Shown here piece after piece: positions 42,087 to 52,159 of a stretch of DNA of 64,000 nucleotides. The stretch covers positions 32,001 to 96,000 of the IMG/VR virus record IMGVR_UViG_3300043449_000492; one strand, 5' to 3'. A program made the translations under genes and the position numbers. The stretch is from a virus. A model generated the notes under the pieces. That model made no database searches. It was not told the DNA's origin and saw only the letters and a list, made by a program, of their open reading frames with translations. Each line of letters opens with the position of its first letter. The first letter of the stretch is position 1.

Positions 42087-43976
42087 GTGAAGTTATTTGG
42101 CTTTCAGATCGGTCGTGACGATACTCTAAATCGTGACGCTAACCAACAACCACAGAACAAAACATTCACGCTACCTCAAAACGAGGACGGCGCTGTTACT
42201 ATTGCTGGTGCTGGTTATTACGGAACATATGTTGATCTTGACGGAACCTTTCGTAATGAAACACAGCTTATTACAAAGTATCGTGAACTTGCTATTCAGC
42301 CAGAAATGGAATCAGCAATCGATGAGATTGTTAACGAAGCAATTGTTCATGAAGACTCAGGTCATTCAGTAGAAATCAATTTAGACGAAGTTAAGCTTCC
42401 TGCAAACGCCAAGAAGCGTATCGAGCAAGAGTTTGAACTAGTCCTCAAGTTACTTAACTTTGGTAACATGGGTCATGAGATTTTCCGTCGTTGGTATATC
42501 GACGGTAGACTTTTCTATCACTTAGTCATTGATGAAACAGCTCCTCAGTATGGAGTTCAAGAACTAAGATACATCGATCCTAGACGCATTCGTAAGATTC
42601 GTGAAATCAAGAAAATGCGTGATCCCCAAACTGGCATTGAGATTATCCAAAAACAGCTAGAATACTATCTCTATAATGAAAGAGGTATGATGGGTGCAGG
42701 ATCTAATATGGGTGCAAAGATTGCAGTTGATTCTGTTGTCAATATCAATTCTGGCATCATGGATCCTAAGCAGACAATTGTTCTTTCTTATCTTCACAAA
42801 GCAATTAAGCCATTCAACAATCTAAGAATGGTGGAAGACGCTACGGTAATCTATCGCCTTTCTAGAGCACCTGAGCGTCGAGTTTTTTATATCGACGTTG
42901 GCAACATGCCTACAGTTAAGGCAGAGCAGTATGTTCGTGATATCATGGTCAAGTATCGTAATAAGCTAGTTTACGATTCTAATACTGGTGAACTAAAAGA
43001 TGATCGTAAGCATCTATCAATGCTTGAAGACTTTTGGCTTCCTCGTCGTGAAGGCTCTAAAGGTACAGAGATTAGCACACTAGAAGGTGCTAGAAACCTT
43101 GGTGAGCTAGAAGACGTTAAGTATTTCCAAACCAAGCTATACAAGGCGCTTGGTGTTCCTGTTTCTCGTCTAGAACAGAATCAAGGTTTTTCTCTTGGTC
43201 GAACTACCGAAATCACAAGAGACGAAATCAAGTTTAATAAATTCGTTGTTCGTCTTCGTGGCAAGTTTTCCACACTCTTTGATGAAATCCTTCGTGTTCA
43301 GTTAGTTCTTAAGAACGTCTGTACAGAAGCCGAATGGAAAGAGATTAAGGAAGACATTTGGTATGATTACAAGAAAGACAATAACTTTGACGAACTTAAG
43401 GATGCCGAGCTTCTTAATGCTCGTCTCGATACACTAATCAAGGTTGATCCTTTCGTTGGTAAGTATTATTCTGCAATGTGGGTTCGTAAAAATATTCTTC
43501 AGCAGACAGACGATGATATTGAAGAAATCAATACACAGATGCAGGAAGAGAATGCTATTCTTGCTCAACAGCAGCAACAAGCTATGGTCGACCAACAGGC
43601 TCAGCAACAGCAAGATCAACAGAATCAGATTGACTTTAATGCACAACAACAGATTGCTCAAGCACATGTTAGCAATGAAGTAGAAAAGATTACAGGCAAT
43701 GATGAAAAGGATAATCAATCTCGTCAGCATGAAAAAGAAATGACTGACAAGAAAATTGAAATTGAAAAGTTAAAGACTAAGACCGATCTTGCTAAGGCTA
43801 AGATTGCAGCTAAAGATGTTAATAAGAAGCCTGAAGCTAAAAAGAAAAAGAAGACCGTTTCCGAAGAAGCAAGAGAGTTAAGATTGTCATATATTGGAAA
43901 TGGTAAATACATTAATGAAAGTGGTGTCATAACCCACATTAATGAAAATGGTATACTAACTCCGTCTAAGGGATAA
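42087..43976 (+). CDS. gp20: Portal protein with long C-terminal extension
   Basis: 'RRWYIDGR', 'YRLSRAPERRVFYIDVGNMP' and 'MLEDFWLPRREG'. Confidence 0.97.
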   Translation: MKLFGFQIGRDDTLNRDANQQPQNKTFTLPQNEDGAVTIAGAGYYGTYVDLDGTFRNETQLITKYRELAIQPEMESAIDEIVNEAIVHEDSGHSVEINLDEVKLPANAKKRIEQEFELVLKLLNFGNMGHEIFRRWYIDGRLFYHLVIDETAPQYGVQELRYIDPRRIRKIREIKKMRDPQTGIEIIQKQLEYYLYNERGMMGAGSNMGAKIAVDSVVNINSGIMDPKQTIVLSYLHKAIKPFNNLRMVEDATVIYRLSRAPERRVFYIDVGNMPTVKAEQYVRDIMVKYRNKLVYDSNTGELKDDRKHLSMLEDFWLPRREGSKGTEISTLEGARNLGELEDVKYFQTKLYKALGVPVSRLEQNQGFSLGRTTEITRDEIKFNKFVVRLRGKFSTLFDEILRVQLVLKNVCTEAEWKEIKEDIWYDYKKDNNFDELKDAELLNARLDTLIKVDPFVGKYYSAMWVRKNILQQTDDDIEEINTQMQEENAILAQQQQQAMVDQQAQQQQDQQNQIDFNAQQQIAQAHVSNEVEKITGNDEKDNQSRQHEKEMTDKKIEIEKLKTKTDLAKAKIAAKDVNKKPEAKKKKKTVSEEARELRLSYIGNGKYINESGVITHINENGILTPSKG

Positions 43977-43977
43977 G

Positions 43978-45936
43978 ATGAAAAGTTTTAAAGTCTTCAT
44001 TAACGAAACTAATGCCGGAGTAACTGGCGTTGATGGTGTTAGAGGACTAGGATTTACATCTGGCAATCCGTCTGTAGTTAATTACGTTGATAAGTATGTC
44101 AATACTAACACAATGTCTTATAACGACGAAAACGGAAACAAGTTAGCACTAATTAAAAAGATGCATCATAATCTTCATAATAATAAGTTAGGATATAAAG
44201 CTTTTGATCCTACTAAGATTGGTGCATCAAAAAACTTTGGTAATATTGAAGAAGCTAAACTTAATGAACTTGGCGGCGACTATGATCGTTCTGCACAGGG
44301 CGTTGATGTTATTGGAGACTTAACTGGAGCATCAAGAAAAGTTGCTAAGGTTAATGAAGTTAAAAAGATTGTTCCTAAAGCAAAGAAAGCAGCTGCAGCA
44401 GGTATGGTTCTTGCAAACGTAGCTACTCTTGGAAATGTTGCTGGTGGAGCTGCAGAGGGTAAGGGTCATCCAGTTAAAGACATTGCACAAGCTGTCTCTG
44501 GACTACCTGGTAAATCGGGATGGGCTGCAATGTCAGGCAACTATACTCTTAAGGGTGTAGAAGGTATTAGAGATTACGTTAAAGGAAAGCTAATGAAAGA
44601 AGATAAAGATCCTTGTTGGAAGGGCTACGAAATGGTCGGCATGAAGACCAAGAAGGGACGTAAGGTTCCTAACTGCGTACCTACAGAAGAACAAAAGAAT
44701 CTAGTACCTGCTAATAGCACCGAACGAGGGATCTATGAAGTGAAGTCTTCTCGTAATCCTGCAAAAGCATATGGAATTAGAAAATCTGCAAATGCATCTT
44801 CAGAAGATGCCATTAGTAAGTCGCATCCAAACTGGACAGGACTTAATATGACTTCTGCAAAAGCAGCAGAAGAAAAAGCTAGAAGAATTGCTGCTGATAA
44901 GGCATCTGCGGAGCGTCGTGCTAAAGAAGGTACAGTTGAAGAAGCAACATATAAGGGAAAGACAGTTACTCTTAACAAGCCAATGAAGGGTGATGTTAAG
45001 AAGTCAAAAGTATTCGTTGATCCTGATGGCGATGGTAAGGCACAGAAGGTAAACTTTGGTGACAAGAGTTTATCAATCAAAAAGAATCAACCAGGTCGTA
45101 AGAAGTCATATTGCTCTCGCTCAGGCGGTATCAAAGGAACTAACGACAAGACAAGTGCTAACTATTGGTCACGCAGAGCTTGGGACTGTGAAGAAGAAAC
45201 ACAGATTGATGAAATCTCAGCAGAGCTAGTCGGCAAGGTTTCTAATGCTCGCTGGAGACAGGGTAAAGCACCATCTAAGACTCTATCCCGTGCAATCAAT
45301 AAGAAGTTTATTGAATCTGGTAAGAAGAAGGAAGATGATACTCCTTTTGAAGGTTCACATAAGAGAAGCCATGAAAAGTCTTCTACACACGTTCGCAGGC
45401 TTGCAGTTAAGGCAATGAAAGCTCATATGAAAGAAATGGATACTTCAAGTTTTCCTACATCAAGAAACATTGATGATAGAAGACCTAGATTAGATTCTTT
45501 GAAAGGCGTGGCAAATGCAACATCTGATGCAATTTCCGGTGTTATAAATGGAAAATCCATGCAACAATCTATCAATGATGTTAAATCACATATAGATCGT
45601 CAAGATAAAAATGATTCCAGTGCTTTGGATAAAGATTCAGGAAATAAACGAAAAGTATCCAATGATGAGCTTACACAAAAAACATCAGATATGCTCAAAC
45701 CAAAAATGAATAGTATATCATCAGCACCAAAATATACATCTAGTCTGTCATCAAAACCAGTAAAAGAGGAAACAACAATGGACACCAAAGAACTTGTCAA
45801 TGAAGCTCTTGATAATATCCTTGAAGATAATCTAGTCGGTATGAAGGAAAACCTTCAGGCTGCTCTTCAGGAGAAGATGATGGAGAAGCTTGAAGAACGC
45901 AAGAAGAATATTGCCGCAGATTATTTTGCACAGTAA
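43978..45936 (+). CDS. Prohead core/internal polyprotein with C-terminal gp67-like domain
   Basis: CTS-like start MKSFKVFINE; multiple basic modules separated by [ILVM]-x-E sites; C-terminal helix 'ALQEKMMEKLEERKKNIAADYF'; lies between gp20 and gp21. Confidence 0.65.
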   Translation: MKSFKVFINETNAGVTGVDGVRGLGFTSGNPSVVNYVDKYVNTNTMSYNDENGNKLALIKKMHHNLHNNKLGYKAFDPTKIGASKNFGNIEEAKLNELGGDYDRSAQGVDVIGDLTGASRKVAKVNEVKKIVPKAKKAAAAGMVLANVATLGNVAGGAAEGKGHPVKDIAQAVSGLPGKSGWAAMSGNYTLKGVEGIRDYVKGKLMKEDKDPCWKGYEMVGMKTKKGRKVPNCVPTEEQKNLVPANSTERGIYEVKSSRNPAKAYGIRKSANASSEDAISKSHPNWTGLNMTSAKAAEEKARRIAADKASAERRAKEGTVEEATYKGKTVTLNKPMKGDVKKSKVFVDPDGDGKAQKVNFGDKSLSIKKNQPGRKKSYCSRSGGIKGTNDKTSANYWSRRAWDCEEETQIDEISAELVGKVSNARWRQGKAPSKTLSRAINKKFIESGKKKEDDTPFEGSHKRSHEKSSTHVRRLAVKAMKAHMKEMDTSSFPTSRNIDDRRPRLDSLKGVANATSDAISGVINGKSMQQSINDVKSHIDRQDKNDSSALDKDSGNKRKVSNDELTQKTSDMLKPKMNSISSAPKYTSSLSSKPVKEETTMDTKELVNEALDNILEDNLVGMKENLQAALQEKMMEKLEERKKNIAADYFAQ

Positions 45937-45946
45937 GGGATAGATT

Positions 45947-47161
45947 ATGAAGACCATCAAGCAAATCAGAGAAGAATATGATAGTAAATTTCTCAATCAG
46001 GTTTTTCCTGAAGAGATTATGCTTGAGGGTGCTGACAAAGGTGATACACCATTTTCTAATAGAGTACCTTCTTCTAAAGAAATGCCTATCATGCTTATCT
46101 TTAAGAGGGTACAGTTTCGTAACTATCCTAACAAACTAACTGTAGCTCTTTACTACTCAAAGGCACTAGACAAATATCTTACGATTCCTTTTGGCCCCAA
46201 GGGCAATGTCAATCTAAGTGAAGCAGTTCTACTTGAACCTGAAATGCTTGATGAAGATTGGAAAGAAGTTAATCGTAAAGATAATACATCAGGCATGTCA
46301 CAAAAGGCTGTCAATGCTTATCGTCGGGAGCATCCTGGATCTAAGTTACAAACTGCTGTAACTGAAAAGAATCCTTCAGGTAAGAGAGCATCCAGAAGAA
46401 AGTCATTCTGTTCACGCATGGGTGGAATGAAAAAGAGACTAACATCTGCAAAGACTGCAAATGATCCTGATTCACGCATTAATAAGGCGCTTCGTCGTTG
46501 GAGATGTGAGGAATCGTTTAGAGCAAAGCTAGAAGAAAAACGTCAAGAGAGACTTGACGAGATTGCTCCTTTGATTGCTGCAGCAGGCGAAGCATTACTA
46601 GGATTAGGAGCAAGAGCTGCAGCATCTGGAGCTGTTAGATCAGCAGCAGGTGCAGTTGCTCGTGGTGCAACTAGACTAGCTGGCTCGGCAATTCGTAAGG
46701 GAGCTAGAGTTGGCAAGTGGGCACTTAAGAAAGCACTTGCACCTGGAAAACCAGAAGCAAAAGCTAAGCCTGAAGATCAACCATCAGGATCAGGACCTAT
46801 AGAAAAGCCAAGACCTGAAGCAAAGGTTCATTCGTTTAGTGCATCTTCACTTGCACACAATAGAGCAGGTGACACAACCAAGTCAATTGAAAGTCAAGCT
46901 GCAAAAAGATACGCAAAAGGTACACTTGCTGGACAAGTGCAAGAGAATAAAGTTTCCGATCTTCGTAAGTTAGTTAATGAAAATTCTACAATGAATTTAC
47001 AAATTAACGGAAGAACTGTTACACTAAATAGTAATATGGCAAAAAGAATAGTTGAAGTTTATGACTCGGTCAATGCCAAAAACAAGAAGGTAGTTGAATC
47101 AATGCTCAACGAAGACCTTGAGTCCTTCAAGAAATTACTAAACTTTTCAATAAAGGTATAA
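45947..47161 (+). CDS. Prohead core/internal protein (modular)
   Basis: MKTIKQIREE start; 'RRKSFCSRMGGMKKRLTS...SRINKALRRWRC' module; C-terminal 'AKRIVEVYDSVNAKNKK...FKKLLNF'. Confidence 0.6.
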   Translation: MKTIKQIREEYDSKFLNQVFPEEIMLEGADKGDTPFSNRVPSSKEMPIMLIFKRVQFRNYPNKLTVALYYSKALDKYLTIPFGPKGNVNLSEAVLLEPEMLDEDWKEVNRKDNTSGMSQKAVNAYRREHPGSKLQTAVTEKNPSGKRASRRKSFCSRMGGMKKRLTSAKTANDPDSRINKALRRWRCEESFRAKLEEKRQERLDEIAPLIAAAGEALLGLGARAAASGAVRSAAGAVARGATRLAGSAIRKGARVGKWALKKALAPGKPEAKAKPEDQPSGSGPIEKPRPEAKVHSFSASSLAHNRAGDTTKSIESQAAKRYAKGTLAGQVQENKVSDLRKLVNENSTMNLQINGRTVTLNSNMAKRIVEVYDSVNAKNKKVVESMLNEDLESFKKLLNFSIKV

Positions 47162-47164
47162 TAG

Positions 47165-47653
47165 ATGGCAACGGTCTTAACAACTCAGACATTAGTAGAT
47201 ACAAACCGACACGCAGTTATTAAGATTGTTGGTGTTGGTGGTGGAGACACTAATGCTCCTCTTATTGTAGCAGCTAATTTAGCGTTTGCTATCAATGCTA
47301 CAGGAATAATTAGTAGAACAAATCCTAAACGCCTTAATAGAATTGCTATCAAGCGTATTTGGGGTCAGGGTCAAATGGCAGCTGCAAAGAATGTCATGCT
47401 ACAGTGGGGTGGCAATACTAACACAGCCATCGTAACTTTCGGAACAGGTCAGTTTGATTATAACTTTGATGCAGGAAGCACAGGAGGAACTATCGAGATT
47501 CCTGATTCTGCTAACTGTACAGGAGACATTGTGTTTACTAGCACAGGTGGCGCTGGTGATGCATGGACACTATTCATTGACATTAAGAAAGACGGCAGAG
47601 ACTTCGATCAGGGTCAAACTGCTGACGCAACCGCATTTAATAGGATCGTCTAA
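47165..47653 (+). CDS. Hypothetical beta-rich virion protein
   Basis: 162-aa ORF tightly coupled within the head operon. Confidence 0.6.
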   Translation: MATVLTTQTLVDTNRHAVIKIVGVGGGDTNAPLIVAANLAFAINATGIISRTNPKRLNRIAIKRIWGQGQMAAAKNVMLQWGGNTNTAIVTFGTGQFDYNFDAGSTGGTIEIPDSANCTGDIVFTSTGGAGDAWTLFIDIKKDGRDFDQGQTADATAFNRIV

Positions 47654-48555
47654 TGAGTATAGAACTAGTTGAAGCAATCATTAATGGTGATCTTGTGAAT
47701 GCTCAAGATATCTTTGAGCAGAGACTTAATGATATCCAAGAAAATAAGCTTTACGAAGAAAAGCGTCGTTTTGCTGCTATCAATGAAATTGTTAAGCCTG
47801 TTAAGGGAAAACCTGGCGAATTTAAAGGTTCTAATACTAAAAAAGATTGGGCAAAGTATCGTAAGCAAAATCCAACTCTATCAGTTCATGGAACACCAGA
47901 CAATCCTAGAGCAAGAACTCCTGCTGAGAAAAAAGAAAAAACATCAACAGGTGCAATGACTAAACATGGATTAGCTGTTCGTAGAAAGCGTGGATATCTT
48001 AAAGCAGGAGAAGCAATTCCAGCTAAAAAGTTTATTGATGCTGTTAGTAGTTATCTTGAAAAGAAAAAGGGTCTATCAGAAGAAGATTTCATGGGATCAT
48101 CAATTGAAAGACTTAAGAGAGCGCAAAAAGCTCCCGAACCACCAAGAGATACTACTACAATTGGTGGCAAAGAAACTACATCATCCACTTTAGATACAAA
48201 AAAGCTTTCCGATGCAGGCAAAAGAAAATCATATGGTCCTAAAAAATCATACATGGACGTAAAAAAGCTAACATCTTATGGTCAAAGAGGTGCGTCAGAT
48301 GATTCAATTTCATCAGGAATGAGACGAACTCTTAGACAAAAACATAGAGAAACAACAGGTGTTACTTTAGGTAGTTTAGCTAAAAAAAGTTTTGGTAAAG
48401 CATTTCAGCCCGGAAAGTCTTTAAGTGGTCGTTACAGATCACTGTCAAGAGCAGCTAAACTTGCTAGTAAGACAACTGCGGGTAGAGTAGTAGTTGGTAC
48501 TGCTAAGAGAGTCGGCGGTGGACTCGCTGATATCGGCTCGCAATTAGAAGAATAA
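47653..48555 (+). CDS. Prohead core protein (gp67/gp68-like) with basic extension
   Basis: N-terminal 'LVEAIINGDLVNAQDIFEQRL...EEK' helix resembles T4-like core proteins; very Lys/Arg-rich; directly before gp21. Confidence 0.6.
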   Translation: MSIELVEAIINGDLVNAQDIFEQRLNDIQENKLYEEKRRFAAINEIVKPVKGKPGEFKGSNTKKDWAKYRKQNPTLSVHGTPDNPRARTPAEKKEKTSTGAMTKHGLAVRRKRGYLKAGEAIPAKKFIDAVSSYLEKKKGLSEEDFMGSSIERLKRAQKAPEPPRDTTTIGGKETTSSTLDTKKLSDAGKRKSYGPKKSYMDVKKLTSYGQRGASDDSISSGMRRTLRQKHRETTGVTLGSLAKKSFGKAFQPGKSLSGRYRSLSRAAKLASKTTAGRVVVGTAKRVGGGLADIGSQLEE

Positions 48556-48573
48556 AAAAGGATAAATACTACT

Positions 48574-49221
48574 ATGAAACTTATTAGAGAAGAAGTTCAA
48601 GACATTCAGTATCTTGTCGAAGCGGACGGTAAAGGTGGCAAGAACCACTTTATTACTGGCGTGTTCATGCAAGCTGAAAAGCAGAACCGTAATGGTCGTG
48701 TATATCCTATGAGCATTCTATCTAAGGAAGCAGATCGTTACAATAGAGAATATGTTCAGAAGAACAGAGCGTTTGGTGAGCTAGGTCATCCTGAGAATCC
48801 TCAAATTAACCTAGACCGTGTCTCGCATATGATTACTAAACTTCATGCAGACGGAACTAATTTTATTGGTAAAGCAAAAATATTGGATACTCCTAACGGT
48901 AAGATTGTTAAGAGTCTACTAGACGGCGGTGCAAGTCTTGGTGTGTCAACAAGAGGCGTAGGGTCTCTTCGTCCACACAATGGATATCAACAAGTCCAAG
49001 ACGATTTCAAGTTGGCTACAGCGGCAGACATTGTAGCAGATCCATCAGCACCCGACGCATTCGTGAGAGGCATTATGGAAGGTAAAGAGTGGGTATTTGA
49101 AAATGGTAAGTGGAAAGAGCAGGATTATTATCGTGCTAAGAAACTTATCACTGAAGCCTCTAAGAACGAAATAGAGTCAGTGGCTCTAAGAATTTTTGAA
49201 AACTATCTTTCAAAACTTTGA
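48574..49221 (+). CDS. gp21: Prohead protease
   Basis: 'NRNGRVYP', 'GELGHP', 'GVSTRGVGSL' and 'DIVADPSAPDAFV'. Confidence 0.96.
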   Translation: MKLIREEVQDIQYLVEADGKGGKNHFITGVFMQAEKQNRNGRVYPMSILSKEADRYNREYVQKNRAFGELGHPENPQINLDRVSHMITKLHADGTNFIGKAKILDTPNGKIVKSLLDGGASLGVSTRGVGSLRPHNGYQQVQDDFKLATAADIVADPSAPDAFVRGIMEGKEWVFENGKWKEQDYYRAKKLITEASKNEIESVALRIFENYLSKL

Positions 49222-49255
49222 AATACTAAATAAAAGGAAAAGGAGTATATATCCA

Positions 49256-50635
49256 ATGGCATCACTAACAGAATCAGCTAGAGCTGTTCTCGAAGGCAAG
49301 CAGGTTAATGAAGGTCTTTATCCTGAGGTTTCCCCAGGTAAGATTTCTAACCCAAATCCTGTCGATCCTTCAACAGCATCTACAGCAAACGCTAAGACAC
49401 TACGTCCAAAGTCAAAGGCATCAGAAGATCGTTTTGCTAATCCAAACGCACAGCCAGCTACACTAGGTTTTGACGATCTTGGTGGAGCAACACCAACATC
49501 AACAGCTAAAGACAATTTAGGTTCTAAGGCGGCTGGTGGCAATAAGCGTGACACATCAGTCAAGGGTTCAGGCTCACACGCAGAACCAACAAAGAAGCTC
49601 GCTGCCGAAGAAATGGAGCAGGACGGAGATATGGTCGAGGAAGAAACATATTCTCTAGCAGAGCGTCTTAAGGCTCTTAAGGAAGCTCGTAAGGCAAAAG
49701 CTTGTGACATGGAAGAGGAAGCTCTTGAAGAGGATTCAGAGGAGCTAGAACTTTCCGAAGAGCTAGAAGACTTCATCAACGAAGCTATCGAAGCTGGTCT
49801 TTCAGAAGAAGAAATCATGGAAGCTATTGACGAGAACTTTGACTTCATTTCCGAAGAGGACGAATCTCTTGAGGAAGACGTTGAAGAGGCTCTAGAGTCA
49901 TACGAAGTTGACATGACTGAGCATGTCAACGCCCTTCTAGAAGGCGAGAACCTTTCAGAAGAGTTTCATGCTAAGGCTACAACAATCTTTGAAGCTGCTG
50001 TTAAGGCAAAGCTAGAAGAAGAAGTTGCTCTACTTGAGCAGGCTTATGCAGAGACACTAGAAGAAAGAGTCAACGAAATCATGGAAGAACTTGCTTCCAA
50101 TGTTGACGACTATCTTAACTACGTTGTTGAGCAGTGGGTCGAAGAAAACGAAGTTGCAGTTGAGTCTGCTCTCCGTTCAGAGCTAACAGAAGACTTCATT
50201 TCAGGTCTCCGTCAGCTATTCTCAGAACACTATATCGATATCCCAGAAGAAGAAGTTCCAGTTGTTGAAGAACTATCAGCAACAGTCGAGGAACTAGAGG
50301 CAAAGCTAAACGAAGAAATTCAGCGTAATGTTGAACTTACTTCAATGCTTTCAGAATCCCGTAAGTCAGAGCTAACAGCAATTGTTTGTGAAGGCCTAAC
50401 AACCACACAGGCATCAAAGCTTCAGGCTCTAGCTGAAGGTGTTGATTATACATCTGACGAGGAGTTCATTGAAAGAGTTTCCACTCTTAGGGAGAACTAC
50501 TTCCCAGTGTCAGTCAAGGCTGATGATGTTCTTGACCGTGTTGAACATGGTGACCCACAGGCTCTAACAGAAGCCACACTAGAGGGTCCAATGGGCAAAT
50601 ACGTTCAGGCACTTGGTCGTTCACTTCCTAGATAA
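49256..50635 (+). CDS. gp22: Prohead core scaffold protein
   Basis: Start reassigned to ATG 49256 (AAGGAG RBS upstream); acidic; 'KATTIFEAAV' and 'VDDYLNYVVEQW'. Confidence 0.93.
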   Translation: MASLTESARAVLEGKQVNEGLYPEVSPGKISNPNPVDPSTASTANAKTLRPKSKASEDRFANPNAQPATLGFDDLGGATPTSTAKDNLGSKAAGGNKRDTSVKGSGSHAEPTKKLAAEEMEQDGDMVEEETYSLAERLKALKEARKAKACDMEEEALEEDSEELELSEELEDFINEAIEAGLSEEEIMEAIDENFDFISEEDESLEEDVEEALESYEVDMTEHVNALLEGENLSEEFHAKATTIFEAAVKAKLEEEVALLEQAYAETLEERVNEIMEELASNVDDYLNYVVEQWVEENEVAVESALRSELTEDFISGLRQLFSEHYIDIPEEEVPVVEELSATVEELEAKLNEEIQRNVELTSMLSESRKSELTAIVCEGLTTTQASKLQALAEGVDYTSDEEFIERVSTLRENYFPVSVKADDVLDRVEHGDPQALTEATLEGPMGKYVQALGRSLPR

Positions 50636-50643
50636 TATAAATA
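50636..50643 (+). promoter_or_regulatory. Late promoter TATAAATA upstream of gp23
   Basis: Exact consensus in the intergenic region. Confidence 0.85.
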
Positions 50644-50685
50644 TAATATAGTAATTTTTACTAACATAGAAAGAAGGGTAAAAAA

Positions 50686-52077
50686 ATGTATCTTACAGAA
50701 AACCTAGAGCAGAAGTGGTCCCCAGTTCTCGACCATTCTGGTCTCAATCCAATCAAGGACTCATATCGTCGTGCAGTTACTGCCGTCGTTCTTGAGAACC
50801 AGGAAAAGGCTATGGCCGAAGAGTCACGCACTCTTAACGAAGCCGCTCCAACAAACGCTGGTGGTGGACTCGGTGCAGGTACAGCAATTGGTTCATACGA
50901 TCCAATTCTTATCTCTCTAGTTCGTCGTGCGCTTCCTAACCTAATCGCTTATGACGTTTGCGGCGTTCAGCCAATGACAGGTCCAACAGGACTTATCTTT
51001 GCTATGCGTTCACGCTATAAGCAGCAGCAGGCACAGGGCGTTTCGCCATCAACTACAGGTGAAGCTCTATTCTTCGAGGCTAACACAGGATTCTCAGGAA
51101 AGAATGCTGGTGCTAATACTGGTGGAGCTCCTGGCACAGAATGGTCAAACACATCATTCGGTGACATGTCTTCAACAAACCCAGTTGCTGACCTAGGCGG
51201 CGACGGCACATCATTCGGTGTTGGTCGTGGTATGACCACATCACAGGCAGAAGCACTTGGTGACGCTGCTAACAACGCATTTGCTGAAATGGCATTCAAC
51301 ATTGACAAGGTCACTGTTACTGCTCGTAGCCGTGCGCTAAAGGCAGAGTATACCACAGAACTCGCTCAGGATCTTAAGGCCATTCACGGTCTCGATGCTG
51401 AGACAGAGCTAGCCAACATTCTCTCAACAGAGATTCTAGCTGAAATCAATCGTGAGGTTATCCGCACAATTTATCGTTCAGCTACAGTTGGCGCCCAGTA
51501 TGGTGTAACAACTGCTGGTACCTTCGATCTTGACACCGACTCAAATGGTCGTTGGTCAGTTGAGAAGTTCAAGGGTCTTATCTTCCACATCGAGCGTGAA
51601 TGTAACGCTATTGCGAAGGCAACTCGTAGAGGCAAGGGCAACGTCCTTATCGTTTCTTCAGACGTTGCTTCAGCTATGGCTATGGCTGGTGTTCTTTCTT
51701 ACACACCTGCTCTTTCAGCCGATCTACAGGTAGACGACACAGGCAATACCTTCGCTGGTATGCTCCACGGCCGTATTAAGGTTTATATCGATCCTTACTT
51801 CGGTGGTTCAGCAAACGGCGACGAGCTAGTTACTGTCGGCTATAAGGGAACTTCACCATTCGACGCTGGTATGTTCTACTGCCCATACGTTCCACTACAG
51901 ATGGTTCGTGCAATCGGTCAGGACACCTTCCAGCCAAAGATTGGCTTCAAGACACGTTACGGCATGGTAGCAAATCCATTTGCTACTGCAGCTGGTGACG
52001 GTGTTGTTGCTGGTAGAGAGAATGCTAACAACGCAAACATCTACTATCGCATCTTCCGTGTTCGTAACCTAACCTAA
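50686..52077 (+). CDS. gp23: Major capsid protein
   Basis: 'KWSPVLD', 'LISLVRR..PNLIAYDVCGVQPMTGPTGLIFAMRS', 'ELAQDLKAIHGLDAE' and 'FQPKIGFKTRYG'. Confidence 0.98.
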   Translation: MYLTENLEQKWSPVLDHSGLNPIKDSYRRAVTAVVLENQEKAMAEESRTLNEAAPTNAGGGLGAGTAIGSYDPILISLVRRALPNLIAYDVCGVQPMTGPTGLIFAMRSRYKQQQAQGVSPSTTGEALFFEANTGFSGKNAGANTGGAPGTEWSNTSFGDMSSTNPVADLGGDGTSFGVGRGMTTSQAEALGDAANNAFAEMAFNIDKVTVTARSRALKAEYTTELAQDLKAIHGLDAETELANILSTEILAEINREVIRTIYRSATVGAQYGVTTAGTFDLDTDSNGRWSVEKFKGLIFHIERECNAIAKATRRGKGNVLIVSSDVASAMAMAGVLSYTPALSADLQVDDTGNTFAGMLHGRIKVYIDPYFGGSANGDELVTVGYKGTSPFDAGMFYCPYVPLQMVRAIGQDTFQPKIGFKTRYGMVANPFATAAGDGVVAGRENANNANIYYRIFRVRNLT

Positions 52078-52100
52078 GATTAGGACAAAAACATAACTAA

Positions 52101-52129
52101 AGGCGGGGCTTTCGGGCCCCGCTTTTTTT
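52101..52129 (+). terminator. Rho-independent terminator after gp23
   Basis: GCGGGGCT-TTCG-GGCCCCGC stem with UUCG loop followed by T7. Confidence 0.92.
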
Positions 52130-52159
52130 GTGTCTGATAAATAGATAGCGGAGGATGCA

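Noticed and set aside
49196-49255. N-terminal extensions of gp22 (49196) and FtsH (58878) in the ORF track
   Set aside because: They overlap upstream genes; better RBS-supported ATGs lie at 49256 and 58929.
49318-49929. 203-aa Ser-rich minus-strand ORF
   Set aside because: Antisense shadow of Glu-rich gp22 (GAA reads as TTC/TCT).
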